Shown one piece after another: positions 20,479 through 30,690 of a stretch of 58,263 bases of DNA. The stretch's first letter is position 1, and each line of letters starts with the position of its first letter. The translations under genes were made by a program, and so were the position numbers. The stretch spans positions 1 to 58,263 of the forward strand of contig CAXMQQ010000035.1 of the NCBI GenBank assembly GCA_964195545.1, read 5' to 3'. The DNA is from an uncultured Acidimicrobiia bacterium (lineage in GTDB: Bacteria; Actinomycetota; Acidimicrobiia; Spongiisociales; UBA5794). A model generated the notes under the pieces. It searched no databases. It was not told the DNA's origin and saw only the letters and a program-made list of their open reading frames with translations.

Positions 20479-21975
20479 TCATCCGACTCCGACACCACCG
20501 ATGAACGCCACACCCTGAGGTCCGGCGATAGACACAGCCACAGAGACCGGCAGGCTTGCGTCGATGAGCATCCCCGAGTTACCCGATTCAGAGAGCGAGG
20601 GAACGGGGATCTCGACATACCGGCCGGCGGGAATCAAGAACTTCTCGGTTCGAATTGCCGAAACGCCGAGAGGGCTCACAGTCACGGTCGCCTCTTCCCC
20701 GGAGGGGTTCAGGACCCAGATCGACGTCTGGGCACCGGGCACGACGCCGAGACCGGGCACCAGCCACCGTTCGAGAGGATCGGTGTTCCCCGGCATTGCC
20801 GCCAAACCGTCGTAGACGACGTGGACTTCGGCTTCCTTGCCCTCGTCCGTTTCGGCCGTGTCGTCGTCGGTCGCTGTCTCGTCGGTCGCTGTCTCGTCGG
20901 TCGCGGCGTCGTCGGTCGACTCGTCGACGGCGGACTCCTCTTCATGCTCGACAACGTCGGTACGCGGGAACGTCCCTTCCGGGGCGGCTTGGATGACGGC
21001 TCCGATCGGGGCATTTGACCGGACGCGCACAGAGAACGGCGGCTCTGCAAGATCTGACAGGTGGATTCGCAACGGTTCGAGTGGCGCGACGATCCTCCCA
21101 TCGGCGTCGGGGATCGGACCCTCCGGTGTGAAGAGATCGATCGCAACCGTGGCACCAACACTGCCGATGTTGGAGATGACCAGGGTCGGTTCTAGTCCGG
21201 GGAGACTCGTGACGGGGAAGTCCCAGACCGTGGATTGCCCGGTCCCGGGCCAGGAGGCCTCGTCGCTCTCGTTGTTGAGCACGAGGCTCGGAATCACGAT
21301 CCCGCTCTCGGACGTCACGGTGAAGGTGGCCATATCGAGGAATGGGATCACGCGGGAGAGATCGGTGGTGATCCACGATCGTCCGGGAACATCGATGCTC
21401 TCGAATCCAGCGAGGGGCGACCTACCGAATTCGGTGATCAACTCGATGGTGACTTTGGCGTTTTCTGCGAATGGATTGAACAGCTGAAGTTCGAGGGTGA
21501 ATCCCTCCGCCGTGATGCCGCCGACCAGTTGCCACTCCTTCGGAACCGATGCGACACACCGGTCCCCCGTGATGATCTCCTCCGACCACATCACCGTCGT
21601 CGCGACTGCCGGTCCGTCGTCGAATTCCACCACACCGGGAGACGTTCCCCGGCGAACGATCTCGCCGGCGTTGATACTCCTTGCTCCGGGTCCGCGAAGC
21701 CGGACCTCGCCGACACCCGGTTCCTCAGTTGGGTTCGAATTCGGGAGCGTGACCGTGGCGTTGACGTCGGCCATCGACGCCAGATTGAATGCTGAGTCAC
21801 GCAGGGCGCCCGAGATCACCCAAGGGCAGTACCAGGCGCTCGGATCACCGGTCGCTCCGATCGCCTCAGCGGGCGGTGCCCCGAATTCCGGAGGACGAAC
21901 GTCGACCGGCTCGGTCTGAGCGAGAGCGAGTGTTCCGAAGGCGACAACGACGATGCCGGCGATCATCCGCCTCAT
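20479..21975 (-). CDS. DUF5719 family exported protein
   Basis: Signal/TM, AWYCP, LFNPF; ATGA overlap with the upstream glycosyltransferase; conserved synteny. Confidence 0.78.
   Translation of the reverse strand: MRRMIAGIVVVAFGTLALAQTEPVDVRPPEFGAPPAEAIGATGDPSAWYCPWVISGALRDSAFNLASMADVNATVTLPNSNPTEEPGVGEVRLRGPGARSINAGEIVRRGTSPGVVEFDDGPAVATTVMWSEEIITGDRCVASVPKEWQLVGGITAEGFTLELQLFNPFAENAKVTIELITEFGRSPLAGFESIDVPGRSWITTDLSRVIPFLDMATFTVTSESGIVIPSLVLNNESDEASWPGTGQSTVWDFPVTSLPGLEPTLVISNIGSVGATVAIDLFTPEGPIPDADGRIVAPLEPLRIHLSDLAEPPFSVRVRSNAPIGAVIQAAPEGTFPRTDVVEHEEESAVDESTDDAATDETATDETATDDDTAETDEGKEAEVHVVYDGLAAMPGNTDPLERWLVPGLGVVPGAQTSIWVLNPSGEEATVTVSPLGVSAIRTEKFLIPAGRYVEIPVPSLSESGNSGMLIDASLPVSVAVSIAGPQGVAFIGGVGVG
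20864..20920. repeat. In-frame 15-bp tandem repeat encoding (ATDET)n acidic loop
   Basis: TCGTCGGTCGCTGTC x2 exact plus two degenerate copies. Confidence 0.8.
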
Positions 21976-24776
21976 CCGAACTTCCTTCCAGCCCAGGCGA
22001 CGCCGGCCAGAGCAACGAGCCACACGCCGGCGGCAATCGCCTGACGCCGTCGGCCTTCGATCGGCTCGAACTCGACCGTGCCGGCGGCTGCCGTCATCCG
22101 GTTTGCCCAGCCGATCTGCTCCCAGTCACCGGGGCCCCATCGATCGTTGGCGTTCTCTCTCACTTCGACGTCGACTCCGAACTCCGGATCCCCTTCATAT
22201 CCGGTGCCGACACGAGTCCAGGGTGTGCCCTCGGCGCTGATGGCGCGAACGGCGTATTCCGCCTCGTTCTCGAACGTTGTGTTGGAGAGCCCACCGCCGA
22301 GCGGCACGAGATCCAGTTGGCCAACGAAGAGCGTCTTCCATGCATCGGCGAACGAATCCCTCCCATCCTCCGCGAGGATGACGACCCATCGAATGCCGAA
22401 CGGAGCCAACAGTTCTCCGGCGCGTTTCGTTGCCCCACCGATTATCGACTCCAGCGTCTGAGCGAGTGCGTCATCGCCGACCCTGGCCGTGTGCAAATGC
22501 GTCTCCCACGACTCCGGCATCGGTGCGGACACGAGCCGATACGCCGCTCCTGCGACGGTCCGATCGTCGCCCGGCAGGTTCCCCGGTGCCCCGAGGACGA
22601 GGATTCTCGATGCGGCAGGATCACCGGGTCGGGCCGCTGAGAAGGTGAACGCCTCGCGGTACTCGTCACCTGGATATCCGGCACGACCCCCCAGAATCGT
22701 GACGGTGGATGCTGCTACGACGAACACTGCCGCGGCGACAGCGACTCCAGCAACGATGCGGCGCCATCCCCCGACCTCTCGCACCCGTGTGATGGCTTCG
22801 AACGCCGGACCGACGATGAGCGCAATGCCTAGCGATACCAACGCGAGACTGACGGTCTCGATCTCCCGACCCGCTCCGATATCGTTCGCCCGGGCAAGGA
22901 GCGATCCGCCTGCTGCGGCGATCGCTCCCCAACCAGCGACGAGCGCAAGCCGCTGCGGCGCAGCTACGAGTGTGGCTGCGGCAGCAATCCCGACGATGGT
23001 CGCAGACACGATCGGCAACGCCCAGTAGGCGTCGCCATCCGTGACGAACCGAGAGAGATCGGCAACACCGAGCCAGGGGAAGAGCAGCGGAATGGCAAAG
23101 ATCGCGCCGACCAGGGAAACGCCGAAGGCCCTCCACGCGCTGCCGTCGGTGAAGTTGAGGAGGGCCCACAGGAGCAACGCCACGATCGGTACCGCCAGAG
23201 CGAGAGGTGCGAGCATTGCGCTGAGACCGGCGATCGCAGCGATCGCAGCGATCCTCCCGATCCTCGAGACCGAGGATGCGGGGAACGAGGCCAAAGCGAA
23301 ACGCATGGACCAGGGGATCAAACCGACGGCAATGGCGACGCCGACGGCGGTCTCTTGGGCAAGGGCTTGCGCCGCGGGACCCGCGACGTAGACGATCCCG
23401 GCAAGAGTCCCTGCAACCGCACGTACGCCCCATGTTCGTAGCAGGCGGACAACACCCCAGATACCAAGCAGCCACGACCCCGCGGTCAGTACGTACTCGG
23501 CAAGGCGGCGATTGTCGAAGAGAATGGTCTGGATGAAGCCGGTCAGGGCGGTGAACGGGCGAAGCGCCTCCACCGACCCGAGTCCAGCGGGGTTCCACCC
23601 TCCGGCATACGCCGAGATGGCACCCGGCCCCGATTCGGCGAAGGGGAGGCTAAATCCGACAGCCGGAAGACCGGTAGACCAGATACCCCGGGTCGCGAGG
23701 AAGACGAACACCAGGGCGAGCGCCCCGACAATAAACGATGGCCGCCTGAGTTCGTCACCGACCACCTCGATCGAGAGTCGATCCTCTCCAGGGAGCCTCC
23801 GTCGAATCCGGTCGGAAAGCTCCGCTACGACCGACTTGAGGGCGACCGAGCCACTGATCTGATATCTGAAGAGCTCAGAGTCGCCGACGACTCGTCCCTT
23901 CCGCACATCTCGACGCTCGCGAAGCGTGTTCGGCAGCTTCACGACGATCCAGAGCCACGCCAGCAGCCAATGGAAGAACCGCCACCGTCCAAGGAAGAGG
24001 GAAAGAAACGACTGGGCGAATCCGGAGAGGAACGCCATCGGGAGCGCCCAGAGCAACGTCAACGGTCCGTAGACCTTAATCATCGCTCGGATCCGTCCGG
24101 CACGTTCCCGCCATCGATCGAGATCTGCTCGATTGTCGGTTGCGAGCACTTCAGATGATGGAACAGCAACGATGCGAGCACCGCGAAGTCGTGCTCTCTG
24201 GCAGAAGTCGACGGCTGCGGCGGATTGCGCCAGGGCGACATCCGGGCCGCCGAGACCACGGGCGAGATCCGTGCGAACGAGCATCGACTGTCCTCCGACG
24301 GCGGCAACATCTCGGACGACGTCGTACTGCCCCTGGTCGAGTTCATCCTCGTCGAACCCCGTGTACGGCGTCGCGAATACGTCGGTCGCGAACCCGGCCG
24401 ACAGCAGACGATCGGGGCTCGCCTCATCGAGAACTTTCGAGCCGGCTACCGAGGCGTCGAGACGCGCCTGTCCATCGACCAATGCTCCGAGGGCGTCTGG
24501 TCGCGGGCGTACGCCGCCGAGAACGAACCACAGAAGGGTGGCGTCGGTGCCGGATTCGATGAAGGCACCGAGTCCGGCGATCCACTCAGCGTCGTAAGCA
24601 GATGCGATCTGACGCGCGTCTCTATCTCCACCGACCACGACGATCCGCTGTGTTTTGTACACTTGGCGCTGGATCGATTCGATGGTCGCTGGAAGATCGG
24701 CACCGCGTCGAGCGACGACCACGGCTGCAACAGATACTGGGCGGGTGCCCTCCGGAGATGACATGAACGAGGCCAT
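21972..24776 (-). CDS. GT2 glycosyltransferase with large multi-TM C-terminal region
   Basis: N-terminal GT2-like domain (DELDQGQYD, DFCQRARLRG) followed by many TMs; start 24776 or 24764. Confidence 0.85.
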   Translation of the reverse strand: MASFMSSPEGTRPVSVAAVVVARRGADLPATIESIQRQVYKTQRIVVVGGDRDARQIASAYDAEWIAGLGAFIESGTDATLLWFVLGGVRPRPDALGALVDGQARLDASVAGSKVLDEASPDRLLSAGFATDVFATPYTGFDEDELDQGQYDVVRDVAAVGGQSMLVRTDLARGLGGPDVALAQSAAAVDFCQRARLRGARIVAVPSSEVLATDNRADLDRWRERAGRIRAMIKVYGPLTLLWALPMAFLSGFAQSFLSLFLGRWRFFHWLLAWLWIVVKLPNTLRERRDVRKGRVVGDSELFRYQISGSVALKSVVAELSDRIRRRLPGEDRLSIEVVGDELRRPSFIVGALALVFVFLATRGIWSTGLPAVGFSLPFAESGPGAISAYAGGWNPAGLGSVEALRPFTALTGFIQTILFDNRRLAEYVLTAGSWLLGIWGVVRLLRTWGVRAVAGTLAGIVYVAGPAAQALAQETAVGVAIAVGLIPWSMRFALASFPASSVSRIGRIAAIAAIAGLSAMLAPLALAVPIVALLLWALLNFTDGSAWRAFGVSLVGAIFAIPLLFPWLGVADLSRFVTDGDAYWALPIVSATIVGIAAAATLVAAPQRLALVAGWGAIAAAGGSLLARANDIGAGREIETVSLALVSLGIALIVGPAFEAITRVREVGGWRRIVAGVAVAAAVFVVAASTVTILGGRAGYPGDEYREAFTFSAARPGDPAASRILVLGAPGNLPGDDRTVAGAAYRLVSAPMPESWETHLHTARVGDDALAQTLESIIGGATKRAGELLAPFGIRWVVILAEDGRDSFADAWKTLFVGQLDLVPLGGGLSNTTFENEAEYAVRAISAEGTPWTRVGTGYEGDPEFGVDVEVRENANDRWGPGDWEQIGWANRMTAAAGTVEFEPIEGRRRQAIAAGVWLVALAGVAWAGRKFG

Positions 24777-25725
24777 TCAAGGACGGAACTCGGCATATTC
24801 CAACCCTTTCGCCGTTGTCCTGACCGGCGGAGTCGGTGGAGCGCGCGGCGCACGGTCTCTCAGACAGGTCTTCGGCGGTGACCGCCTCACCGTGATCGGC
24901 AACGTGGGAGACGACGAACTGGTCCACGGCGTCCACGTTTCCGCTGATCTCGACACCGTTCTCTACACGCTCGCGGGCATCGAGGGGCCCGTCGGCTGGG
25001 GTATCAGCGGGGACTCCTTTGCCGCGATGGATCAACTCGAGACGCTCGGCGTCGATGCCACGTTCCGGATCGGCGATCGAGACCTGGCGACGTGTCTGTT
25101 CCGAACCGGGATGCTCGCATCCGGCCATTCGCTCTCTGATATCACGGAACAGATTCGCGCGGCTCTCGGCGTAGAAACGCGGGTCCTCCCGGCTACCGAC
25201 GACCGGGTCCGGACCAGAGTCCGGATCGCCGACGGTACGTGGCTCGCGTTCCAGGAGTACTTCGTCGAGCGGCGGCACCGCGACCGTGTCGTTCAAATCG
25301 AGTACGCAGGCGCCGAGCATGCGGTGCCCGCCGCCGGAGTCATCGAGGCGATTGCTGCCGCCGACCTCGTCGTCATCGCTCCATCGAATCCACCCCTGTC
25401 GATCGGCCCGATCATCGCGATCCCCGGAGTTCGCCGGGCCATCATCGAGAAGGATCGGGTCGTCGCCATCAGCCCTCTGTTCGGGGGCAAGGCGCTCAAA
25501 GGGCCAGCCGATCGGGTTCTGGAATCTCTAGGATTTCCCCGGGGGAACGCGGGAGTTCTCTCAGCCTATGAGGGTCTCATTTCCGATCTCGTCATCGATG
25601 TCGAGGATGCTTCAGACGTGCAGACGCTCTCCACATCGGTCAGGATCCACGCCACCGACACCCGCCTTGGTTCGGATGACGAAGCCCGCCGATTCGCCGA
25701 ATGGTTCAAGGAGACGTTCACATGA
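24763..25725 (+). CDS. cofD: 2-phospho-L-lactate transferase CofD (FbiA)
   Basis: GGVGGAR, NVGDD, DLDTVLYTLAG, GDRDLAT, FQEYFV, PSNP, GPAD; start uncertain. Confidence 0.93.
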   Translation: MNEAIQGRNSAYSNPFAVVLTGGVGGARGARSLRQVFGGDRLTVIGNVGDDELVHGVHVSADLDTVLYTLAGIEGPVGWGISGDSFAAMDQLETLGVDATFRIGDRDLATCLFRTGMLASGHSLSDITEQIRAALGVETRVLPATDDRVRTRVRIADGTWLAFQEYFVERRHRDRVVQIEYAGAEHAVPAAGVIEAIAAADLVVIAPSNPPLSIGPIIAIPGVRRAIIEKDRVVAISPLFGGKALKGPADRVLESLGFPRGNAGVLSAYEGLISDLVIDVEDASDVQTLSTSVRIHATDTRLGSDDEARRFAEWFKETFT

Positions 25726-26417
25726 GCATTGAGATCCACCCGATTCGCGGCATCCCCGAAGTCGTTCCAGGGGACGACCTTGCAGCTCTCATCGTCGAGG
25801 GCCTGGACTGCTCAAAGATCGCGTTGTCCGACAGCGACGTCCTTGTGATCACTCACAAGATCGTCTCCAAGGCCGAAGGTCGAGTCGAACCGGCCCCCGA
25901 TGACCGGGCCTACCGGGAGTTGGCTGAGCGAGAGGCTCGTTCGATCCTGAGGCGACGCGGCGACCTCCTCATCGCCCAGACCCATCACGGATTCATCTGC
26001 GCGAACGCGGGTGTAGATCGCTCCAATGTGGCAGACGGCATGGCGGTTCTTCTCCCCGTCGACCCGGATCGATCGGCACACCGCATCCGGCTCCGTATCG
26101 AGCGAATGATGGAACGCTCGATCGCTGTCGTCGTCACCGACACGTTCGGCCGTCCATGGCGACGCGGACTTGTCGACGTCGCCATCGGTGTCTCCGGACT
26201 CCCGGCGATTCTCGACCTGCGGGGCGAGTCCGATGCCCACGGCCGCACGATGAACGTCACCGAGATCGCGATCGTCGATGAGATCGCAGCAGCAGCCGAC
26301 CTCGTCATGGGGAAGGCCGACGGGATACCCGCCGCCCTCATCCGTGGCATCAAACTGACCGGAGACGGACGAGCAACCGACCTGGTAAGACCCCCAGAAG
26401 AGGACATGTTCAGATAG
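25722..26417 (+). CDS. cofE: Coenzyme F420-0:L-glutamate ligase CofE (no nitroreductase domain)
   Basis: KIVSKAEG, ANAGVDRSN, TDTFGRPWRRG, DMFR; ATGA overlap with cofD. Confidence 0.95.
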   Translation: MSIEIHPIRGIPEVVPGDDLAALIVEGLDCSKIALSDSDVLVITHKIVSKAEGRVEPAPDDRAYRELAEREARSILRRRGDLLIAQTHHGFICANAGVDRSNVADGMAVLLPVDPDRSAHRIRLRIERMMERSIAVVVTDTFGRPWRRGLVDVAIGVSGLPAILDLRGESDAHGRTMNVTEIAIVDEIAAAADLVMGKADGIPAALIRGIKLTGDGRATDLVRPPEEDMFR

Positions 26418-26420
26418 AGC

Positions 26421-26469
26421 GTAAGAACTGAGACGAGAGACTCAGCCCAACGGCATCTCGTGTCTCGCT
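26421..26469. repeat. Heptamer array/hairpin between convergent cofE and epimerase
   Basis: GTAAGAA CTGAGAC GAGAGAC ... TCTCGTG TCTCGCT. Confidence 0.6.
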
Positions 26470-27409
26470 ACTGTCTTCTGAACCAGTCGATGGTCTGGGC
26501 GAGACCGTCGTCGAGGCTCGTCCATGGCTCCCATCCGAGGGCCTTCTGGGCTGCTGTCGGGTCGAGGGCCGAGCGACGCTGCTCGCCGGCCCGAGGGGCC
26601 GCGTGATTCGGGCGAACAGAAGAGCCGACGATCCTGGCCATCTTCTTGTAGAGGTCGACCACGGTCGTCTCCACGGAAGTCCCGATGTTCAGGTAGCGAC
26701 CCCCACCTTGGAGCGCTGCACGCCAACAGGCATCGGTGACATCCTCGACGAAGACATAGTCACGGGTCTGGAGTCCGTCGCCGTAGATCGTCGGTGTCCG
26801 CCCGGCCAGAAGATCTCCGGAGAAGATGGCAACAACGCCGGCCTCGCCAGCGGGATCCTGCCCGGGTCCGTACACGTTGGCGAAGCCGAGAGACACGTAG
26901 TCGAGGGCGGCGGTCCTCCGAAAGTAGTCCAGGTAGTCGTCAACGATCTTCTTCGATACGCCGTATGGCGAATCGGGCTTCCTCCTGATGGTCTCATTCG
27001 TCGGGATCGATGGGGTGTCGCCGAACGTTGCCCCACCGGACGATGAGAACACGACCCGATCGACGCCGGCATCTCGGGCGGCAAGTAGCACGTTGATCGT
27101 GCCGAGCACGTTGATCGACGCGTCGGTGACCGGGTCGGCGACGGATGCGCGCACGTCGATTTGAGCGGCTAGATGGAACACGACTTCGGGGGCAAAGGCG
27201 ATGAATGCGTCACGCAGCTCCGGTGCGCGAACGTCGATCTGATGAAAATGGACATGCCCCAGAGCGCGAGCACTGGCAAGGCGCGACAGCATCCCGGTCG
27301 AGAGATCGTCGATGACGAGCACTTCGGTACCCTCGTCGATGAGGCGGTCCACCAGATTCGAACCGATAAAACCGGCGCCACCGGTGACGACTACTTTCGA
27401 GATGCCCAT
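26468..27409 (-). CDS. NAD-dependent epimerase/dehydratase (UDP-glucose 4-epimerase-like)
   Basis: TGGAGFIG, YGVSK, NVYGP, GDGLQTRDYV. Confidence 0.95.
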   Translation of the reverse strand: MGISKVVVTGGAGFIGSNLVDRLIDEGTEVLVIDDLSTGMLSRLASARALGHVHFHQIDVRAPELRDAFIAFAPEVVFHLAAQIDVRASVADPVTDASINVLGTINVLLAARDAGVDRVVFSSSGGATFGDTPSIPTNETIRRKPDSPYGVSKKIVDDYLDYFRRTAALDYVSLGFANVYGPGQDPAGEAGVVAIFSGDLLAGRTPTIYGDGLQTRDYVFVEDVTDACWRAALQGGGRYLNIGTSVETTVVDLYKKMARIVGSSVRPNHAAPRAGEQRRSALDPTAAQKALGWEPWTSLDDGLAQTIDWFRRQ

Positions 27410-28122
27410 CAGCTCCTCCTCGGATCCGTCGAGAGCGTAGCCCGGTCATGGAGCCGGACTTCCCCGCTGTGCACCGCGATGACGCCGCCGGTCGTCTCAA
27501 CCATCAACGAGCCTTCGTCGGATACGTCAAGGGCAGTCCCGGATCCGGATGCATACGAGACCGATCGGCCGATCGTCACACACGCCGCCCGGTATTCGTC
27601 GATACCCCAGTCGTGCGTCGGGAGTGCCATCGAAACCAGGAGCCGATCAGCCCAACCTGCAGCGATCTCCCGTTCGGTTCCCGGCGCCGGGACTGTCTCG
27701 CACAATGCGGCACCACCTTCGATCGGTTTCTCCCAAAGCAGATTGAGTCCTAATCCGACGGTCACGACCCCATCACTCGACTCGGCAAGCAGTCCGCCGA
27801 TCTTCCCGGCGCCGATGACGAGATCGTTGGGCCAGCGCAGACCCACCGCGACACCTGCGACCGCACCGATGGCCGATCGGGCGGCCAAACCAGCAGCGAG
27901 TGGTATCAGACTCCAGGTCTCGATCGGCCAGGGTGGTTCGAAGACAAGCGATGCGAACACGGCCCGGTCCGGCTCGAGCCATTCACGACCGAGTCGACCC
28001 CTTCCGGCTCTTTGGTGGCCTGCGATCACGAGAACGGGATCGGAGCCTTCGTAGCGTTCGCGAGCCTCATCTTGAGTGGATTCGACGGATTCGAGTTCGA
28101 CAACTGCGTATCGTGTAGCCAA
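27409..28122 (-). CDS. birA: Biotin--protein ligase
   Basis: STQD, QRAGRGRLGREW, WPND, KIGGLL; next to the carboxylase genes. Confidence 0.93.
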   Translation of the reverse strand: MATRYAVVELESVESTQDEARERYEGSDPVLVIAGHQRAGRGRLGREWLEPDRAVFASLVFEPPWPIETWSLIPLAAGLAARSAIGAVAGVAVGLRWPNDLVIGAGKIGGLLAESSDGVVTVGLGLNLLWEKPIEGGAALCETVPAPGTEREIAAGWADRLLVSMALPTHDWGIDEYRAACVTIGRSVSYASGSGTALDVSDEGSLMVETTGGVIAVHSGEVRLHDRATLSTDPRRS

Positions 28123-28165
28123 TCATCCACCTCGATGGTCAGACCTTGAGACTAACGGGAGAACC

Positions 28166-29716
28166 GTGAGCACTGAAGACCACATCAAGAAGCTACGAAC
28201 CCTGCGCGAGGAGGCCACCGCGCCGGTGAACCAGCGCGCGGTCGATCGTCAACATGATCTCGGGAAGCTCTCTGCGCGCGAACGCATCGATCTGCTCCTC
28301 GACAAGGACACGTTCCAGGAACTCGACATGTTTGCGAGGCACCACGCGTCCGGCTTCGGCATCGAGGACAGTCGCCCGTTCGGAGACGCCGTCATAACCG
28401 GCTACGGCAAAGTCGACGGTCGAACGGTCTTTCTCTACGCGGAGGACTTCACCACGTACGGCGGGAGCCTCGGTGCGGCGGTCGCCGACAAGATCTGCAA
28501 GGTGATGGATCTCGCGATGGACAACGGCGCACCCGTCATCGGGATCAAGGACTCGGGCGGTGCAAGGATCCAGGAGGGTGTCGCGGCGCTGCACGGCTAC
28601 GGACGAATCTTCGAACGCAATGTTCGTGCCTCGGGAGTCATCCCCCAGATCTCGGTCATCATGGGACCCTGCGCCGGTGGTGCCGTCTACTCACCGGCCA
28701 TGACCGACTTCGTCTTTCAGGTCGAAGGAACGTCCCACCTCTTCATCACCGGCCCGGAGGTCATCAAGACCGTCACCGGTGAGGACGTGACGATGGAGGA
28801 GCTCGGAGGCGCGCACGCTCATGCAACCCGATCCGGTGTTACCCACTTCGTCGTTCCAGACGACCGGTCGGCGATGGACGAGGTCCGCTATCTGCTCTCG
28901 TTCTTGCCGCAGAACAACATGGAAGTTGCCCCGTTCTTCACACCGCTCGATCGTCCAGACCGCCAGGATGAGCTGCTCACCACCATCATTCCGGATTCAC
29001 CGAACCAACCGTACGACATGGTCGACGTCGTCCATTCGATCGTCGACGATGGAGAGTTCTACGAGGTGCATGAGCACTTCGCCCCGAACCTGATCGTCGG
29101 ATTCGCTCGGCTCGACGGATACACGATCGGCGTCGTCGGGAACCAGCCAGCGGCCCTCGCTGGAACACTCGACATCGATGCCTCGATCAAGGGTGCGAGG
29201 TTCGTACGGTTCTGCGACGCCTTCAACATCCCGCTGGTGACGCTCGTCGACGTGCCCGGGTTCCTCCCCGGCGTCGGCCAAGAACACGCAGGGATCATCC
29301 GCCACGGGGCCAAGCTTCTCTATGCGTTCTCAGAGGCGACCGTGCCCAGGGTGACGGTGATCACCCGCAAGGCCTACGGAGGAGCATTCCTGGTCATGAA
29401 CGCCCGGTCGATTCGCGCCGACATCGCATTCGCATGGCCCACGGCTGAGATCGCCGTCATGGGTGCGAAAGGCGCCGTGAACATCATCCATCGGCGGGAG
29501 ATTCGAGAGGCCGAAGACGTGGAGGCCGAGAGCCAGCGCCTGATCGAAGACTACGAAGATCGTTTCAACAACCCGTACGTCGCTGCCGAACGCGGCTACA
29601 TCGACGATGTCATCGAGGCGCGCGAGACGAGGCCCCGTCTGATCCGTGCTCTCGAGATGCTGCGCAACAAGAGAGAAGCGACGCCTCCAAGGAAGCACGG
29701 CAACATCCCGTTGTAG
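28166..29716 (+). CDS. pccB: Acyl-CoA (propionyl-CoA) carboxylase beta subunit
   Basis: GGARIQEG, GPCAGGAVYSP, DVPGFLPG, RKHGNIPL; GTG start after GGGAGA. Confidence 0.93.
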   Translation: MSTEDHIKKLRTLREEATAPVNQRAVDRQHDLGKLSARERIDLLLDKDTFQELDMFARHHASGFGIEDSRPFGDAVITGYGKVDGRTVFLYAEDFTTYGGSLGAAVADKICKVMDLAMDNGAPVIGIKDSGGARIQEGVAALHGYGRIFERNVRASGVIPQISVIMGPCAGGAVYSPAMTDFVFQVEGTSHLFITGPEVIKTVTGEDVTMEELGGAHAHATRSGVTHFVVPDDRSAMDEVRYLLSFLPQNNMEVAPFFTPLDRPDRQDELLTTIIPDSPNQPYDMVDVVHSIVDDGEFYEVHEHFAPNLIVGFARLDGYTIGVVGNQPAALAGTLDIDASIKGARFVRFCDAFNIPLVTLVDVPGFLPGVGQEHAGIIRHGAKLLYAFSEATVPRVTVITRKAYGGAFLVMNARSIRADIAFAWPTAEIAVMGAKGAVNIIHRREIREAEDVEAESQRLIEDYEDRFNNPYVAAERGYIDDVIEARETRPRLIRALEMLRNKREATPPRKHGNIPL

Positions 29717-29771
29717 ACGCACCACCCGGACAGGTTGGCCACAATGACGGTCAATTGACTTCGTGCCCGGG

Positions 29772-30578
29772 TCATGGTCGACACGTCCAGTGCGCCCAGG
29801 GCGAGTCTCCAACACTGAGGGAGTACTCAACGAGCCATGCGGCAGCAGCGATGTTGGCTTCGGGCGTAAATGGCGACGCCCCCTCGAAACCCGCTTGTTC
29901 CGAGGAATGCGACCACGTGCGATCTAGGAACTGAAAGAGACCAGAAGCGCTGCTTCTCGGGTTGCGGGCGTTGGGATCACCGTTCGACTCGCAATCAATG
30001 ATCGAGAGCGCCTCGTCGATCCGCTCCGGGGCGAAGTACTGCTCGACGATCGACCGCCATCGCTCCACAGGATCGGCGACAGGGATTGTCGTCGTCGAGC
30101 GCAACGCATCCATCGCGTTGCGCTCAGACTCTGCCAGAAGCTCGGCCGTGGCGATGTCCCACTCTGCGAGGAAGTCCGCTTCGGCGAACGCCTGGTCGGA
30201 CTGCGGATCGGCCGACCGTGCGACCTCCAAGATCATGTCGAGCAGGATGGCGAACTCGGGACGCACGAGGACGCCTGCTCTCTCGCCGGCTCCAGCCACC
30301 GAGACCACGCGGGCCGCCACGGCAGTCAGAAGGCGGCCGGCGTCGATGTGGTTGAGGTCCACCCGTTCGGCAAACAACTCGACGGCCCAGACGCGGCGAG
30401 CCAGCTCAGTATCGGTCACCGCCTGCTGAGAGATATCGGCCAGCGTCTCGACCTGCCGAAGCGCATCAGAGGGCGCGTCCTCGTCCGCGGCAGCGGCGCG
30501 TGTCGTCGAGAGCGCGACGAGACCGAGCGCGACGAACAACACGATGAGAAGGCGGGGGTACCGCATGGGGAAGCCCAT
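29772..30578 (-). CDS. Secreted lytic transglycosylase (SLT/lysozyme-like domain)
   Basis: Signal peptide; CESNGDPNARN..SSASGLFQF...W; start 30578 or 30566. Confidence 0.85.
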   Translation of the reverse strand: MGFPMRYPRLLIVLFVALGLVALSTTRAAAADEDAPSDALRQVETLADISQQAVTDTELARRVWAVELFAERVDLNHIDAGRLLTAVAARVVSVAGAGERAGVLVRPEFAILLDMILEVARSADPQSDQAFAEADFLAEWDIATAELLAESERNAMDALRSTTTIPVADPVERWRSIVEQYFAPERIDEALSIIDCESNGDPNARNPRSSASGLFQFLDRTWSHSSEQAGFEGASPFTPEANIAAAAWLVEYSLSVGDSPWAHWTCRP

Positions 30579-30690
30579 GAGGCCCGTCAGGCTATGGGGG
30601 CTCTCCCGATACCGCTGTCTTTCGTAACCCTGCACCGACCTCCGGAGTCCGACCGCAGACGACCAAGCACCCTCGTATAGAATGCCCGCC

